64,000 nt of DNA. It comes from Thermodesulfobacteriota bacterium. Lineage in GTDB: Bacteria; Desulfobacterota; Binatia; Bin18. The notes beneath the pieces are model-generated. The model was not told the DNA's origin. It searched no databases and worked only from the letters and a program-made list of their open reading frames with translations. Location of the stretch: positions 3,904,001 through 3,968,000 of the forward strand of contig OZ219926.1 of the NCBI GenBank assembly GCA_964291405.2. The letters run 5' to 3'. Position 1 is the stretch's first letter. Every line of letters begins with the position of its first letter. Positions 49,050 through 59,000 of the stretch are shown here, one piece after another. Made by a program: the position numbers and the translations under genes.

Positions 49050-50282
49050 ATGGCGCATACTTTACAGCCTCCCGGTATTGAAAATGCCGAAGCTTTGTAC
49101 GCGCGGATTCGCGCCGAGAATCAGGGTCACTGGCCCAGGTTTTCGGCGGCGGAGTACCAGCGTCGCTATGAGGCAATCCGCACTGCGATGGCTGAGCGTC
49201 ATATCGACTGTCTGCTCATGTTCAGCAACGGGTATGTCTTTAGCGCGAATCTGATCTATGTCGGCAATTATATCGATATTGCCTATGGAGCCATTGTCTT
49301 TCCGCTAGACCAGGAGCCTACCTTGTTTGCGAGTCTCTATTCGTTCCTGCCGCAGGCGGCTGCGCAGTCGGGCATCCGGGACGTTCGCTGGGGAGCCGGA
49401 GTGAACCACCAGGCGCTCGTGGAGCGGCTTAAAGAGGGCGGGCTGGAAACGGGAACGGTGGGTATTGCCGACCGTGTGCCCCACGACCTCTGGCTCTTCT
49501 TGCACGATGCCCTACCTGAAGCGACCTTTGTCGAGGCTCAGGACCTGATGTACCAGATCCGGCTGTGCGCCAGTCCGGAAGAAATCGAATGGTATGAAAA
49601 GGGCGCGGAACTGTGCGATCGCGCCTTTCGTGCAGTCGTTGATACGGTCGAGCCGGGCATGAAAGATCATGAGATCGTCGCCACGCTCCATGGAACATAT
49701 CTCAAGTTAGGGGGCTCTCTGTATGGGGCGGCACTGGCGTCTACCCCAATGGCTCAGCCGTCTATTCCCTACTCCTGGTGGGTCGCGGGAGGGTCTACCC
49801 GGACTATTCGGCCCGGGGATCTGATTCTGACCGAGACCACGGGAACGTATTATGGTTACCCAGGGCAGCTCATCCGTCCGGTCGCTTTGGGAGAACCACC
49901 GCCTCAGCTCAAAAAACTGGAGGAATTAGCGGTCACGCTGTACTCGGAGGTTCAAAAAGTTGTGAAGGTCGGCAATACGCCGCGGGATGTGTTTGCGTTG
50001 TCTCGGCGTATTCTTGACGAAGGGTATACGGTTCAGTGTCCTGTGATCCATGGATATACCCAGGGGATCAACCCACCCTATGCTTCGGTTCCGGGTGACC
50101 CGTGCTGGGCGGTCGATCTTGATGTCCCTTTTCAAGAGAATCAGCTCATTGTCATTGAACCCAATCCCGTCACACGGGATATGCAGCGTGGGTTCTTCAT
50201 TGGGGATATGAATCGGGTGACCCCGCGGGGCGCGAGTTCGCTCCACCAGTATCCGCTACAGCTGACGGTGAAGGCGGTGTAG
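49050..50282 (+). CDS. M24 (pita-bread fold) hydrolase, creatinase/Xaa-Pro-peptidase-like
   Basis: FS.AEY.RR, S.EEI, GDLI..E....Y.GY..Q..R, HG, IEPNP. Confidence 0.78.
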   Translation: MAHTLQPPGIENAEALYARIRAENQGHWPRFSAAEYQRRYEAIRTAMAERHIDCLLMFSNGYVFSANLIYVGNYIDIAYGAIVFPLDQEPTLFASLYSFLPQAAAQSGIRDVRWGAGVNHQALVERLKEGGLETGTVGIADRVPHDLWLFLHDALPEATFVEAQDLMYQIRLCASPEEIEWYEKGAELCDRAFRAVVDTVEPGMKDHEIVATLHGTYLKLGGSLYGAALASTPMAQPSIPYSWWVAGGSTRTIRPGDLILTETTGTYYGYPGQLIRPVALGEPPPQLKKLEELAVTLYSEVQKVVKVGNTPRDVFALSRRILDEGYTVQCPVIHGYTQGINPPYASVPGDPCWAVDLDVPFQENQLIVIEPNPVTRDMQRGFFIGDMNRVTPRGASSLHQYPLQLTVKAV

Positions 50283-50382
50283 CACATCCCCCGGATTCTT
50301 CTCTCTCCGCCAGGCCCAACGGGAGGGACATGGTCTTTCCTCTCGTGATATATAAACGGACGGGGTCAATAAGGAGGCACGC

Positions 50383-50883
50383 ATGGGGCAAGAGTCGGAC
50401 CGTATGCTGCGGGAGCTTGTTGAAAAAGAAGCCATACGCGAGCTGGTCCATCGCTATTGTTGGGCCGTGGACCGGGGGGAATTTCAAGATGTGATGGCGC
50501 TGTTTCACGATTCGTGTGACCTGGTCGTCAGCCCTCCGGGCCGCCGCCGAGAAGGGCGCGCCGCCGTCGAGCGCTGGTACGGACGCTATATGCGCCATCG
50601 TCTCGGGGTCTTACGGCATCTCATTCATAACCAGGTCATCACCCTTGACGGTGAGCGGGCGTTTTCAAAGAGCTATTTTGATGCAGTCGGCGACCTGAAG
50701 GGCGAATCTATTGTTGTTGCCGGATTTTATGAAGACAAGCTGCTCCGTGTTGAAGGGGAGTGGAAATTTACGGAGAAAGTCATTGGTACGGACTTCATGG
50801 TCCCGTTGCATGAAGGCTGGGGTGGAGAGAAATTCAAAGTCCGGCCGTGGTGGTATGACGGGGAGAAGGCGTCGAAGGAGTGA
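50383..50883 (+). CDS. SnoaL-like/NTF2 family protein
   Basis: EAIRELVHRYC..VD, RHLIHNQVI.LDG, GFYED...R..GEWKF. Confidence 0.82.
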   Translation: MGQESDRMLRELVEKEAIRELVHRYCWAVDRGEFQDVMALFHDSCDLVVSPPGRRREGRAAVERWYGRYMRHRLGVLRHLIHNQVITLDGERAFSKSYFDAVGDLKGESIVVAGFYEDKLLRVEGEWKFTEKVIGTDFMVPLHEGWGGEKFKVRPWWYDGEKASKE

Positions 50884-50920
50884 AAATCCTCTCCTCGGAC
50901 GTGTGGTGCGAAAAGGAATC

Positions 50921-51157
50921 CACCCCGGCCCTTCGGGCCACCCTTCCCAAGAGGGGAGCTTTTTTATCCCCTCCTCGGAGGGAATTATGCACTTTAAGAC
51001 ACCTAGCGCATTTCACGAGAGGTTGTAGCCGTGCCAGTCCGCTCTCGTCGGGAAGGCCACTGGACTGCTCCAAGCGGCCCAGAAGGGGAGGTGGGGGGCT
51101 CCCTTCCTGGGAGGGCAGCCATCCTGGTCGCTATGCGGGCTGGAAGCCCGCACTCCT
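50921..51157. repeat. Composite of repeat remnants (hairpin repeat, solo MITE end, REP doublet)
   Basis: ggcccttcgggcc hairpin and cccctcctcggaggg; ctagcgcatttcacgagaggttgtagcc at 51003-51030; REP doublet at 51108-51157. Confidence 0.6.
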
Positions 51158-51229
51158 AAAGGAGAAGAGAGCCGTGCTCCACAGCAGCGTAGTTCGCTGC
51201 TATGCCAAAAGCGGGTGGGTAAAGCCTTT

Positions 51230-52540
51230 TTATGTGTTTTCGTCCGGAACCAGTCCTATTAAATCGATCACGACCTTGCAGCCAGGAATCGGAAGCGGAC
51301 CGGGGATACGAACGGTGGTACTTGCCGGGGGGTCGGTCGGAAAGGCTTCGGCCCACGCGGCGAAAGACGTAAAAAACTCGCCAAAGTCCGTATAAAACCC
51401 GCGCCGGCGGAGCAGTTGATCATGCGAGGTGCCGGCCGCTCGACAGATCGCCTCGATGTTTTTCACAATATAGTTTACCTCTTTTTCCGCGGCGGACGAG
51501 TAGTACGGAAAATTCGGGTCAACCCGCGCCTCAGCCGGTACGCCGGTGCGATAGTCGGTGGCCATCTGACCAGAGAAAAAGAGAAAGGGGCCGGCCTGTA
51601 CGGCTTGCGGCTCGTGGGCCAGAGGAAGAGGAGCGGCCTCGGTTCGGATGGTGCGCTTCGCCGGTCCGTCCTGTGGGACATAAGCAACCAGGTTGATGGC
51701 GATACGTAAGCCCGGAACGCCCAGGTCGTTGACCGGTACGGTGGTTCGGGCTGGTGGGTCTGTGGGAAAATACTGTTTCCAGATCTGTTCCAGGCGGTAA
51801 AAGTCCTGGATGTCCGTCATATAGACTTCTGCCTTGACGACATCCTCAAGCGATGCCCCGGCAGCCTGCAGAACGGCCTGTTGGGCCTTCAGAATATATT
51901 CGGTTTGTAAGCGGGCGCTCTCCGCATAATAGGGAAAGTTGGGGTCGACCTGAGCTTCGGGCGCAAGTCCGCTTGAAAAGTCGGTGGCCGTCAGGCCGGC
52001 GGTAAAGATAAACTCGCCGGCTTTCACGCCGTAGTGATACAGGGCCTGGCCGTCGAGCCCGTGTATGGCCGGCGGGGGCAGGGCCTCGGCCTGAATAACC
52101 TCCGGCCGCTGGCCGGTCTCGGACACAAAGCCCACCAGGTCGGTCTCCAGGGTACAGCCCGGTACGGGCAGTTCTTCCAAGAGAACAGTAGTATGCGGCG
52201 GGACGCCAGTGGAGCCAAACGTCTGCTGCAAGACCTCGGAAACGCCGTGCAACTCCTGGGTATGGGTATGGTAGAGCGTGAATGAGACACACTGTTCCAG
52301 GGAGGAGCCGGCGGCCTCAAGCGTGGCGCGCAGATTGTTGGCTATATACTGGGTCTGGCGTTCGATATTGCTGCCGTGGTGGGGGAAGTTCGGGTTAATG
52401 GTGGCCGCCGGCGGAATGCCGGTCTGAAAATCCGAGGCCACTTGGCCGGAGATAAAGACAAACGGTCCGGCCTTGACGGCGGGTGAGTATGCAACACGCG
52501 GCATGGGAAGAGCCTCTGGAAAGATCGCCTCTTTTTTCAT
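51230..52540 (-). CDS. Protein of three tandem RidA/YjgF domains
   Basis: Three repeats: AGPFVFISGQVASD..NPNFP, AGEFIFTAGLTATD..DPNFP, AGPFLFFSGQMATD..DPNFP. Confidence 0.88.
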   Translation of the reverse strand: MKKEAIFPEALPMPRVAYSPAVKAGPFVFISGQVASDFQTGIPPAATINPNFPHHGSNIERQTQYIANNLRATLEAAGSSLEQCVSFTLYHTHTQELHGVSEVLQQTFGSTGVPPHTTVLLEELPVPGCTLETDLVGFVSETGQRPEVIQAEALPPPAIHGLDGQALYHYGVKAGEFIFTAGLTATDFSSGLAPEAQVDPNFPYYAESARLQTEYILKAQQAVLQAAGASLEDVVKAEVYMTDIQDFYRLEQIWKQYFPTDPPARTTVPVNDLGVPGLRIAINLVAYVPQDGPAKRTIRTEAAPLPLAHEPQAVQAGPFLFFSGQMATDYRTGVPAEARVDPNFPYYSSAAEKEVNYIVKNIEAICRAAGTSHDQLLRRRGFYTDFGEFFTSFAAWAEAFPTDPPASTTVRIPGPLPIPGCKVVIDLIGLVPDENT

Positions 52541-52680
52541 GCTGCCTCCTTTCCCCTGCCGTCTTCCTCTTTCTTCGCGGCCATGTCAAGGCTCGAACCC
52601 CGTTCGCTTGCAGGGCGTCTCAGCCAGTGTCACAATTGAGCCCGGCGGGATTCTATCGAGCAGTCATAAGGAGGGTCGGC

Positions 52681-53673
52681 ATGCAGAAAATCCAACGCGG
52701 CGAGGTAACCAAATATGCCTTCGATAACCGGGACGAGCCCGTCCTGCGGGTCCAGACCGGTGAAGTCTTTCAGGTGGAGACCGAGGATGCGCTCACAGGC
52801 CTCATCGAGGACGACAGCGATAACCCGGTTGTCCATCAGTTTGTGGATGACCCCCATGTTGCCGCGCTCGCGGTCGCCTACCCACCCAAATACAATCCCG
52901 TGGTTGGCCCGGTTTATATAGAAGGCTGCGAGGCAGGCGATGTGCTAGCCGTGCATATCGACTTTATCGATCCCTGGCGCTACGGCTTTTCGGGCATTCT
53001 GCCCGGCATCGGCCCGTACGGAAATTCGACCCTGTTCGACGGCCAATGCGCTCAGGCCCGGGTGCAGGTGATTGAGCATCTGCCCGGACCGAGTGGCCAT
53101 ACCCGCGACGGCAAGGGCGTCTACTCCGATAAGCTGACCTGGGACCTCCAACCCTTTTGCGGCACGCTGGCCACCGCACCGGAGCGGGAAGTCTTCACGT
53201 CTCTCCTCGGACAGGGCCCCTTTGGCGGCAATATCGATTGCCGCGATATTTGCGCCGGGCATACGATCTATCTGAACTCCTATAATCCGGGTGGCCTGCT
53301 GTATATCGGAGATATTCACGGCGGCCAGGGAGACACCGAGTTTACCGGTATTGCCGACGAGACCCGTGCCACCGTGCAGTTGAGCTGTACGGTGGTGAAA
53401 AACAAGCGTCTGCCCTGCGTGCGGATTGAAAAACCCGACAGTATTGTGGCGGTGGGCATTAACCGGCCTATGGAGCATGCCGTGTATGATGCGGCCCAGA
53501 ATATGCTCGAATGGCTGCGCGAAGACTATGACATCAAGCCACAGGACATGTATATCCGCATGTCGTGCGATCCCGCTTTCCGGGTGCGGACCTATCAGAT
53601 GGTCCGGGCGCTCACCATCGAACACGTTGTCGGGGCAGAATATCCCAAGGAACGGCTGAGCGCGGCCTTTTAA
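52681..53673 (+). CDS. Acetamidase/formamidase family protein
   Basis: ETEDA, NPVVGPVYIEG...GDVL, GGNID, GDIHGGQGDTE..G.A.E; RBS GGAGGG. Confidence 0.88.
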   Translation: MQKIQRGEVTKYAFDNRDEPVLRVQTGEVFQVETEDALTGLIEDDSDNPVVHQFVDDPHVAALAVAYPPKYNPVVGPVYIEGCEAGDVLAVHIDFIDPWRYGFSGILPGIGPYGNSTLFDGQCAQARVQVIEHLPGPSGHTRDGKGVYSDKLTWDLQPFCGTLATAPEREVFTSLLGQGPFGGNIDCRDICAGHTIYLNSYNPGGLLYIGDIHGGQGDTEFTGIADETRATVQLSCTVVKNKRLPCVRIEKPDSIVAVGINRPMEHAVYDAAQNMLEWLREDYDIKPQDMYIRMSCDPAFRVRTYQMVRALTIEHVVGAEYPKERLSAAF

Positions 53674-53689
53674 CGACAGGAGCAAACCC

Positions 53690-55225
53690 ATGACTAACTT
53701 ACTCGTACACGGCAAATACCTCCTCAACCCGGCCCAGCCGGGAGAAAAAACGGCGGTGGTGCAGGACGCGGCCGTGGCCGTGACCGGGACCAGCATTGCG
53801 GCGGTGGGGAGTTATGGCGCGCTCAAAAAACAATACCCCGACTACCGGGAGGTCGGTTCACACGAACATCTCGTGATGCCCGGCCTGATAGACGTGCATC
53901 ACCACGGTTGGGGGCTCAGCGCGATCCAGCAGGGCGCGCTGGACGATACCCTGGAGCCGTGGATCTACGACTTGCTGATGCTCAAATCCCCGACCAACGT
54001 CTATCTGGATACGCTCTACGGCAATATGAAGCTGCTTGAGTCCGGGGTGACGACGGTCCTGCACAGTCATTTCTGCCGCACGGGGAACTACGAGGACGAG
54101 GTCAACGCGACGCTCAAAGCCTATGAGACCTCGGGGCAGCGGGTTGCCCTGGCGCTTGAGGTGATGAACCAGCACCCGTTTGCCTATGACGACGACTGGT
54201 TTCTGCAACACCTGAGCGCACCGCTCCGCACACGGGTCGAAGCCGCACTGAAGGCCCGTCCGCCCATAGACCGCGATACCTATCTGAACCTTGTCGAGAA
54301 GTATTATACCGAACACAATCAAGAGGGCGCGGCCAAGGTAAAAATTCTCTACGGGCCGATTAACGCCGTCTGGACAACACCGGATATTCTCGAAGCGATC
54401 GGGGAGCGGGTCCAACAGGGGAGGGGACTCCACCTGCACGTCGTCGAAACGCCGTATCAGGCCGAATACTTCTTTAAGCACTACGGCAAGAGCAACATGG
54501 CCTGGCTGCACGATATGCGTCTGCTCGGTCCCCGCACCTCTTTTGCTCATGCTGTCTGGACAACGCGGGACGACCTGGCGCTCCTGGCCGAGACCAGGGT
54601 GACGGTGTGCCACAACGCCAGCTCGAATCTGCGTCTCCGGAGCGGTATCGCCCCGGTGGCTTTTATGCACGAGCGTGGCGTCAATATCGGAGTCGGGACG
54701 GATGGCGGAACGCTGAACGATGATGACGATATGGTCCAGGAACTACGTCTGGTCTCCAAGCTGCACCGCCTGCCACGTCCGTCCTCGCCCTGGGTCAGCC
54801 CACACGACGTCATTCGCATGGCCACGCTGAACGGGGCGCGGGCAACCCTGCGGGCAGACGCCATTGGCAAGCTCGAGCCGGGCCGGGCCGCGGACATCAT
54901 TCTGGTCAATCTGCAAACCATGACCCAGCCGTATCTTGCGCCTGACATCCATATGGCTGATGCCTTTGTCTATCGGGCCAAGGGGACGGATGTGGAGACC
55001 GTCATTATTGATGGTGAGCTGGTTATGGAAAACCGCACGCACCTTCGTTTCAACAAGGACGACCTGCTCGCTCAGCTCCGCGAGGCCGCGGCTCAGCCGC
55101 CAACCGCCCAGGACCTTCAGCGGGCCGACCTCTTCCGGCAATGCCGTCCGGTGTGTGTCGAGTTCTTGAATCAGTATCTGGACCGGGAGATGGCCCCGCA
55201 GTATGTGCTTAATCGGACGGCGTGA
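53690..55225 (+). CDS. Metal-dependent deaminase/chlorohydrolase (Atz/Trz/SsnA-like amidohydrolase)
   Basis: PGLIDVHHH, HLHVVE, AHAVW, SNLRLRSG, GTD, ATLNGA. Confidence 0.88.
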   Translation: MTNLLVHGKYLLNPAQPGEKTAVVQDAAVAVTGTSIAAVGSYGALKKQYPDYREVGSHEHLVMPGLIDVHHHGWGLSAIQQGALDDTLEPWIYDLLMLKSPTNVYLDTLYGNMKLLESGVTTVLHSHFCRTGNYEDEVNATLKAYETSGQRVALALEVMNQHPFAYDDDWFLQHLSAPLRTRVEAALKARPPIDRDTYLNLVEKYYTEHNQEGAAKVKILYGPINAVWTTPDILEAIGERVQQGRGLHLHVVETPYQAEYFFKHYGKSNMAWLHDMRLLGPRTSFAHAVWTTRDDLALLAETRVTVCHNASSNLRLRSGIAPVAFMHERGVNIGVGTDGGTLNDDDDMVQELRLVSKLHRLPRPSSPWVSPHDVIRMATLNGARATLRADAIGKLEPGRAADIILVNLQTMTQPYLAPDIHMADAFVYRAKGTDVETVIIDGELVMENRTHLRFNKDDLLAQLREAAAQPPTAQDLQRADLFRQCRPVCVEFLNQYLDREMAPQYVLNRTA

Positions 55226-56664
55226 GCAGGGGTGATGTGGAGACCCCTATCGCACGCCGCGACTTTCACAAGCTGATGCTGAGGGCTGGGGCGGTCGTGT
55301 TGCCTGGTTGTCGATCCCAAATATACTCTGCGGTTCCTCCCGGCGGCAGAGTCCTGATTGTTGGGGCCGGCATGAGCGGGCTGGCTGCGGCCCGAGAGCT
55401 CCAGCGCGCCGGTTATGCGGTCACCATTCTGGAAGCCCGAGACCGTATCGGCGGCCGGGTCTGGACTGACCGCCGCTTTGAAACCCCCATTGATCTCGGG
55501 GCGTCCTGGCTGCACGGCGGGCGGGGCAATCCGCTCAAGGCCGTTGCCGCGAACCTGGGTCTCAGGACGCGGGTGAGCGAGTATGGCAATCTGGCGGCCT
55601 ATGAACTAGGCACGGCCGGCCGGTCGGCCGTGCCCCGCGCCGCGTTTGAGTCCGAATATGCGAAATTGGAGGCGGCGATATATAGACAGAGCGGCTGGAC
55701 CTATGTCTCGACCCTGGCTCGCCGCTGGCTAGGACGCCCCGGCACCAGGGTTTCGGTTGCCGATGTCTTGGACGCGCTCCCTGCTCCGTTGACCGAGGCC
55801 GGTCGTCTGGCGCGCTGCCGGATCGAGAGGGGGATAGAAAACCTCTACGCCGCGTCTCCGCACGATCTCGGTTTTGCCGGTCTACTGTACGAATCGATAA
55901 CCGGCCCAACAGGGGAAAGGTTGGCTTCGGAGGAGCAATTCGTACTCGACGGGATGGACAGGCTGGTCCGACACCTTGCCGAAGGTCTCCCGGTCCGGTT
56001 CGGTCAGACTGTCAAGCGAATTGCATACGGAGCAGACGGCGTCCGGGTTGAGACAGAGCGGGAAACGTTTACCGCAGACGGAGTGATTGTCACCGTTCCC
56101 ATCGGGGTGCTGCAATCGGACCGGATCGTCTTTGAGCCGGCATTACCCCCCTCACATCGGATCGCCTTGTCCCGCATCGGTATGGGACTCTTCAATAAGA
56201 TTATCCTGCGCTTTCCACGCGTGTTTTGGCCCGAGGAGCCGGATTTTGTTTTTGTGTGTGGCCGCAGCCTGTGCTCTTTCTACGTCAATTTTGCCGCTTA
56301 TGCTGGCATACCTATGCTGGTCGGTCTCAGCGGCGGGACTGCCGCCGACGAGATTGAGGAGCTGTCAGACCAGGCCATTGTGATGCGGCTGCGGAAAGAC
56401 TTCTCCAGCGTGATGGGGACGACCATTCCCGAACCAACCGATGTGATGATCCAGCGCTGGCGCTCGGACCCGTTTGCGCGCGGGTCGTATGCCTATCTCC
56501 GTGTCGGGGCGAACGGCGGGGAACCGGAGGTTCTTTCAAGGCCGATTGCGGGTCGGCTGTTTTTCGCTGGGGAAGCCCTGCATCTCCATGACCCTGGGAC
56601 GGTTCACGGAGCGTACTGGACGGGCCAGCGCGCGGCCCGGCAGGTCCGGGCTCAGCGTGCTTGA
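55222..56664 (+). CDS. Flavin monoamine oxidase family protein, possible Tat substrate
   Basis: RRDF near N-terminus; GAGMSGLAAA, EARDRIGGR, DLGASW, GSY, FAGEA, GTVHGA. Confidence 0.88.
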   Translation: MSRGDVETPIARRDFHKLMLRAGAVVLPGCRSQIYSAVPPGGRVLIVGAGMSGLAAARELQRAGYAVTILEARDRIGGRVWTDRRFETPIDLGASWLHGGRGNPLKAVAANLGLRTRVSEYGNLAAYELGTAGRSAVPRAAFESEYAKLEAAIYRQSGWTYVSTLARRWLGRPGTRVSVADVLDALPAPLTEAGRLARCRIERGIENLYAASPHDLGFAGLLYESITGPTGERLASEEQFVLDGMDRLVRHLAEGLPVRFGQTVKRIAYGADGVRVETERETFTADGVIVTVPIGVLQSDRIVFEPALPPSHRIALSRIGMGLFNKIILRFPRVFWPEEPDFVFVCGRSLCSFYVNFAAYAGIPMLVGLSGGTAADEIEELSDQAIVMRLRKDFSSVMGTTIPEPTDVMIQRWRSDPFARGSYAYLRVGANGGEPEVLSRPIAGRLFFAGEALHLHDPGTVHGAYWTGQRAARQVRAQRA

Positions 56665-56667
56665 ATG

Positions 56668-56937
56668 TCACGCAGCCTGTCTTCTCCGTAACGCTTGAGA
56701 GAGGTCCCAGGTTGCCTGGAGATTCATCCAAAGCTTAGCGGACGTGCCCAAGGCTGCTGACAAGTCGAGGGCTGCGTCTGCGGTGATACCGCGCTTTCCC
56801 TTAATCAGTTCGTTGAGGCGAGTTCTCGTCCAACCTATTTGTCCCGCGAAGGTCGCCTGAGAGATGCCCGCTGGTTCAAGAAATTCCTCAAGGAGTATTT
56901 GTCCGGGATGAAAAGGATTTTTGGGGATTTCTCGCAC
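56668..56937 (-). CDS. higA: HigA family antitoxin without adjacent toxin
   Basis: HPGQILLEEFL, LNELIKGKRGIT, LWMNLQ..WDL; only 33 bp separate it from the upstream gene. Confidence 0.85.
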   Translation of the reverse strand: MREIPKNPFHPGQILLEEFLEPAGISQATFAGQIGWTRTRLNELIKGKRGITADAALDLSAALGTSAKLWMNLQATWDLSQALRRRQAA

Positions 56938-56970
56938 GCTGGATGCTCTCGAAGCGGAGGGCGCCTCCGC

Positions 56971-57960
56971 CTAAAACGTCTTCAACTCCAAAAACTCGCC
57001 CACGTCCTGACCAAGCCCCTGGCGGACGGCCTCTTTGTAGACGGCGAAGCCGGCGGCGACATCCTGGATGGCGGTGCCCACGGATTTGAACAGGGTGATC
57101 TCGTCCGGTCCCGTGCGGCCTAGGGCGCGACCGGCGACTACTTCTTTGAGTTCCGTCACCTTGGCGCGGTCATACGCCCCGGCTGCCATTGCCGCTTTGA
57201 GGTCGCCCGACTCGCCTTCCATCTGCACCCGCGAATCGACCACAATGCGTTCCGCGCGCTGGAAGGTTTCCGCGTCAATCTCGCGCAATTGCAAGCCGGT
57301 TGAGCCAATCGAATTGACGTGGCTACCGGTTTCCATCCACCTGCCACGGTAGGCGATCAGATCACCGACACCGGTGGTGTTGGTCGCCACCACCACAATA
57401 TCAACACCGCTGACCGCTTCCTCCGGGGTCGTGACCGCGCTGAGGTTGATACATAGTTGCTCGCTCATCCGTGTGGCAAAGCGCTCACGATTCGCCTGAG
57501 TGGGGCTAAAGACTTTGCCGGCCTCAATTGGTCGGACGGCGCACGCGGCCTGCAAGTTTGTCGTCGCTTCCAGGCCCGAGCCGATCACACCCACAGTCCT
57601 GGCTTTGGGTGGGGCCATATACCTGGTGGCCACGCCGGTCGTCGCGCCGGTGCGCGTCGCGGTCAGATAGGCGGCGTCCATGAGCGATAAGAGGCGTCCG
57701 TCTTTTTCGTCATAGACCGCAATGAGATAGCGCACGCCGTGCTGGACCGAGCCGTGAAACACCTTGTAGCCCATCAGACCGCTGTCCCGCATCACCGTCG
57801 GCATGACACGAAAAAAGCCCGAGGTCGTTGCCAGGTTGAGACGTGGGGGAAGTTCAACCGCACCCCTGGCCTCTTCGCGCAAGCCCTGCTCGATACGGTC
57901 GATCTGGGTCTTGATGTCCGTGGCTTGTTCTACGTCGCTGTTTGTCAGGAGTAAGGTCAC
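56971..57960 (-). CDS. Ornithine cyclodeaminase / mu-crystallin family protein
   Basis: LTATRTGA, IGSG, HVNSIGS, REID, EITLFKSVGTAIQD. Confidence 0.9.
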   Translation of the reverse strand: MTLLLTNSDVEQATDIKTQIDRIEQGLREEARGAVELPPRLNLATTSGFFRVMPTVMRDSGLMGYKVFHGSVQHGVRYLIAVYDEKDGRLLSLMDAAYLTATRTGATTGVATRYMAPPKARTVGVIGSGLEATTNLQAACAVRPIEAGKVFSPTQANRERFATRMSEQLCINLSAVTTPEEAVSGVDIVVVATNTTGVGDLIAYRGRWMETGSHVNSIGSTGLQLREIDAETFQRAERIVVDSRVQMEGESGDLKAAMAAGAYDRAKVTELKEVVAGRALGRTGPDEITLFKSVGTAIQDVAAGFAVYKEAVRQGLGQDVGEFLELKTF

Positions 57961-57969
57961 GCGGTCTCC

Positions 57970-58989
57970 CTAGGCCGGGTTGCGCCCGATAAAGAACTCC
58001 TTGTCGTCCTCGACCGGAACCTCGAGTCCGGAGGCGATCAGCCCCTGGCGCAAGGGCTTCATCTGTCGGTCGTTCAGACGCATGGTCGGCGTACGGAGCG
58101 GGCCGCCGTTAAAGCCGCTCAGCCAGCCCTGGTATTTCCAAATCATGCGGTGCAGGAAGTTCGAGCCCGCCAGCATGGCCATGGCCTGCATACTCGCCTG
58201 ACGCGCCGGGTGAATCTGCCAGTATAATTCCATGGCGGCCTCGAACTGCCCGTCCTGGATCAGACCGAAAATCCTGGGGATCATCGGTCCCCAGTACTCA
58301 TAATTGCTCGTCCCCATAAACTGCATGGGCACCAGGCCGGCCATGGGCAGGCCGTTGCCTTCGATCGGTTCGGTGACAACGACCCGTTCGCCAAAACGTT
58401 TATACACGTCCACAAAGCCGCCGATGGACGGCATGCCGCCTTCCGCCTTGATCGCGGCGATATTCGGCACCTCGTCGAGCAGGCGCTGGATCAGCTCCGG
58501 CCCAAAGCCCGCGGCCGGATGGATGCGTTCAAACCCCCACAGCGGAACGGGGAAGAGCATCACCGCCAGATTGGTGTTGTCACAAAATGTTTTGGTGTAG
58601 CGATAGATATCGTCGGCGCTGTCCGGGTAAAAGGTGGGCGGGTAGGAGAGCAAGACGAGGTCAGCGCCCGCCCGTTCGGTGGCTTGGACGGCCTCGATAT
58701 TTTCTTCCAGATTATTGAAGCTGGCGTGGTGGATAAGATGGAGCTGCCTCCCGGCTTCATCTGCCGCCCACTGTGCGAATTGGACGTACTCGTCAAACGT
58801 GGTCGCGGTCTCGGCCACGAGTAAGGTGCCCCAAAACCCGTATTCGATTTCCTTACGCACGTCGTGGCGAATGGCTTTCTCGTTCAGGCCGCGTAGATCC
58901 TGGGTAAAGGTGGGGGTGATGGTATTGGCCACCCCTTTCATGGTTGCCTTGGCCCACTCGCGTGCTTCGTGTTTTCGATAGTCTGCCAT
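57970..58989 (-). CDS. DHDPS-family aldolase (putative hydratase-aldolase)
   Basis: TIM-barrel pattern, LLSYPP.F, Schiff-base Lys in IAAIKAE; context of ring-cleavage genes. Confidence 0.75.
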   Translation of the reverse strand: MADYRKHEAREWAKATMKGVANTITPTFTQDLRGLNEKAIRHDVRKEIEYGFWGTLLVAETATTFDEYVQFAQWAADEAGRQLHLIHHASFNNLEENIEAVQATERAGADLVLLSYPPTFYPDSADDIYRYTKTFCDNTNLAVMLFPVPLWGFERIHPAAGFGPELIQRLLDEVPNIAAIKAEGGMPSIGGFVDVYKRFGERVVVTEPIEGNGLPMAGLVPMQFMGTSNYEYWGPMIPRIFGLIQDGQFEAAMELYWQIHPARQASMQAMAMLAGSNFLHRMIWKYQGWLSGFNGGPLRTPTMRLNDRQMKPLRQGLIASGLEVPVEDDKEFFIGRNPA

Positions 58990-59000
58990 GCCGTCGCTCC

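Noticed and set aside
50880-51395. 171-aa ORF (also 3693-4013 and 28102-28965)
   Set aside because: Translations of repeat elements or alternative frames of real genes
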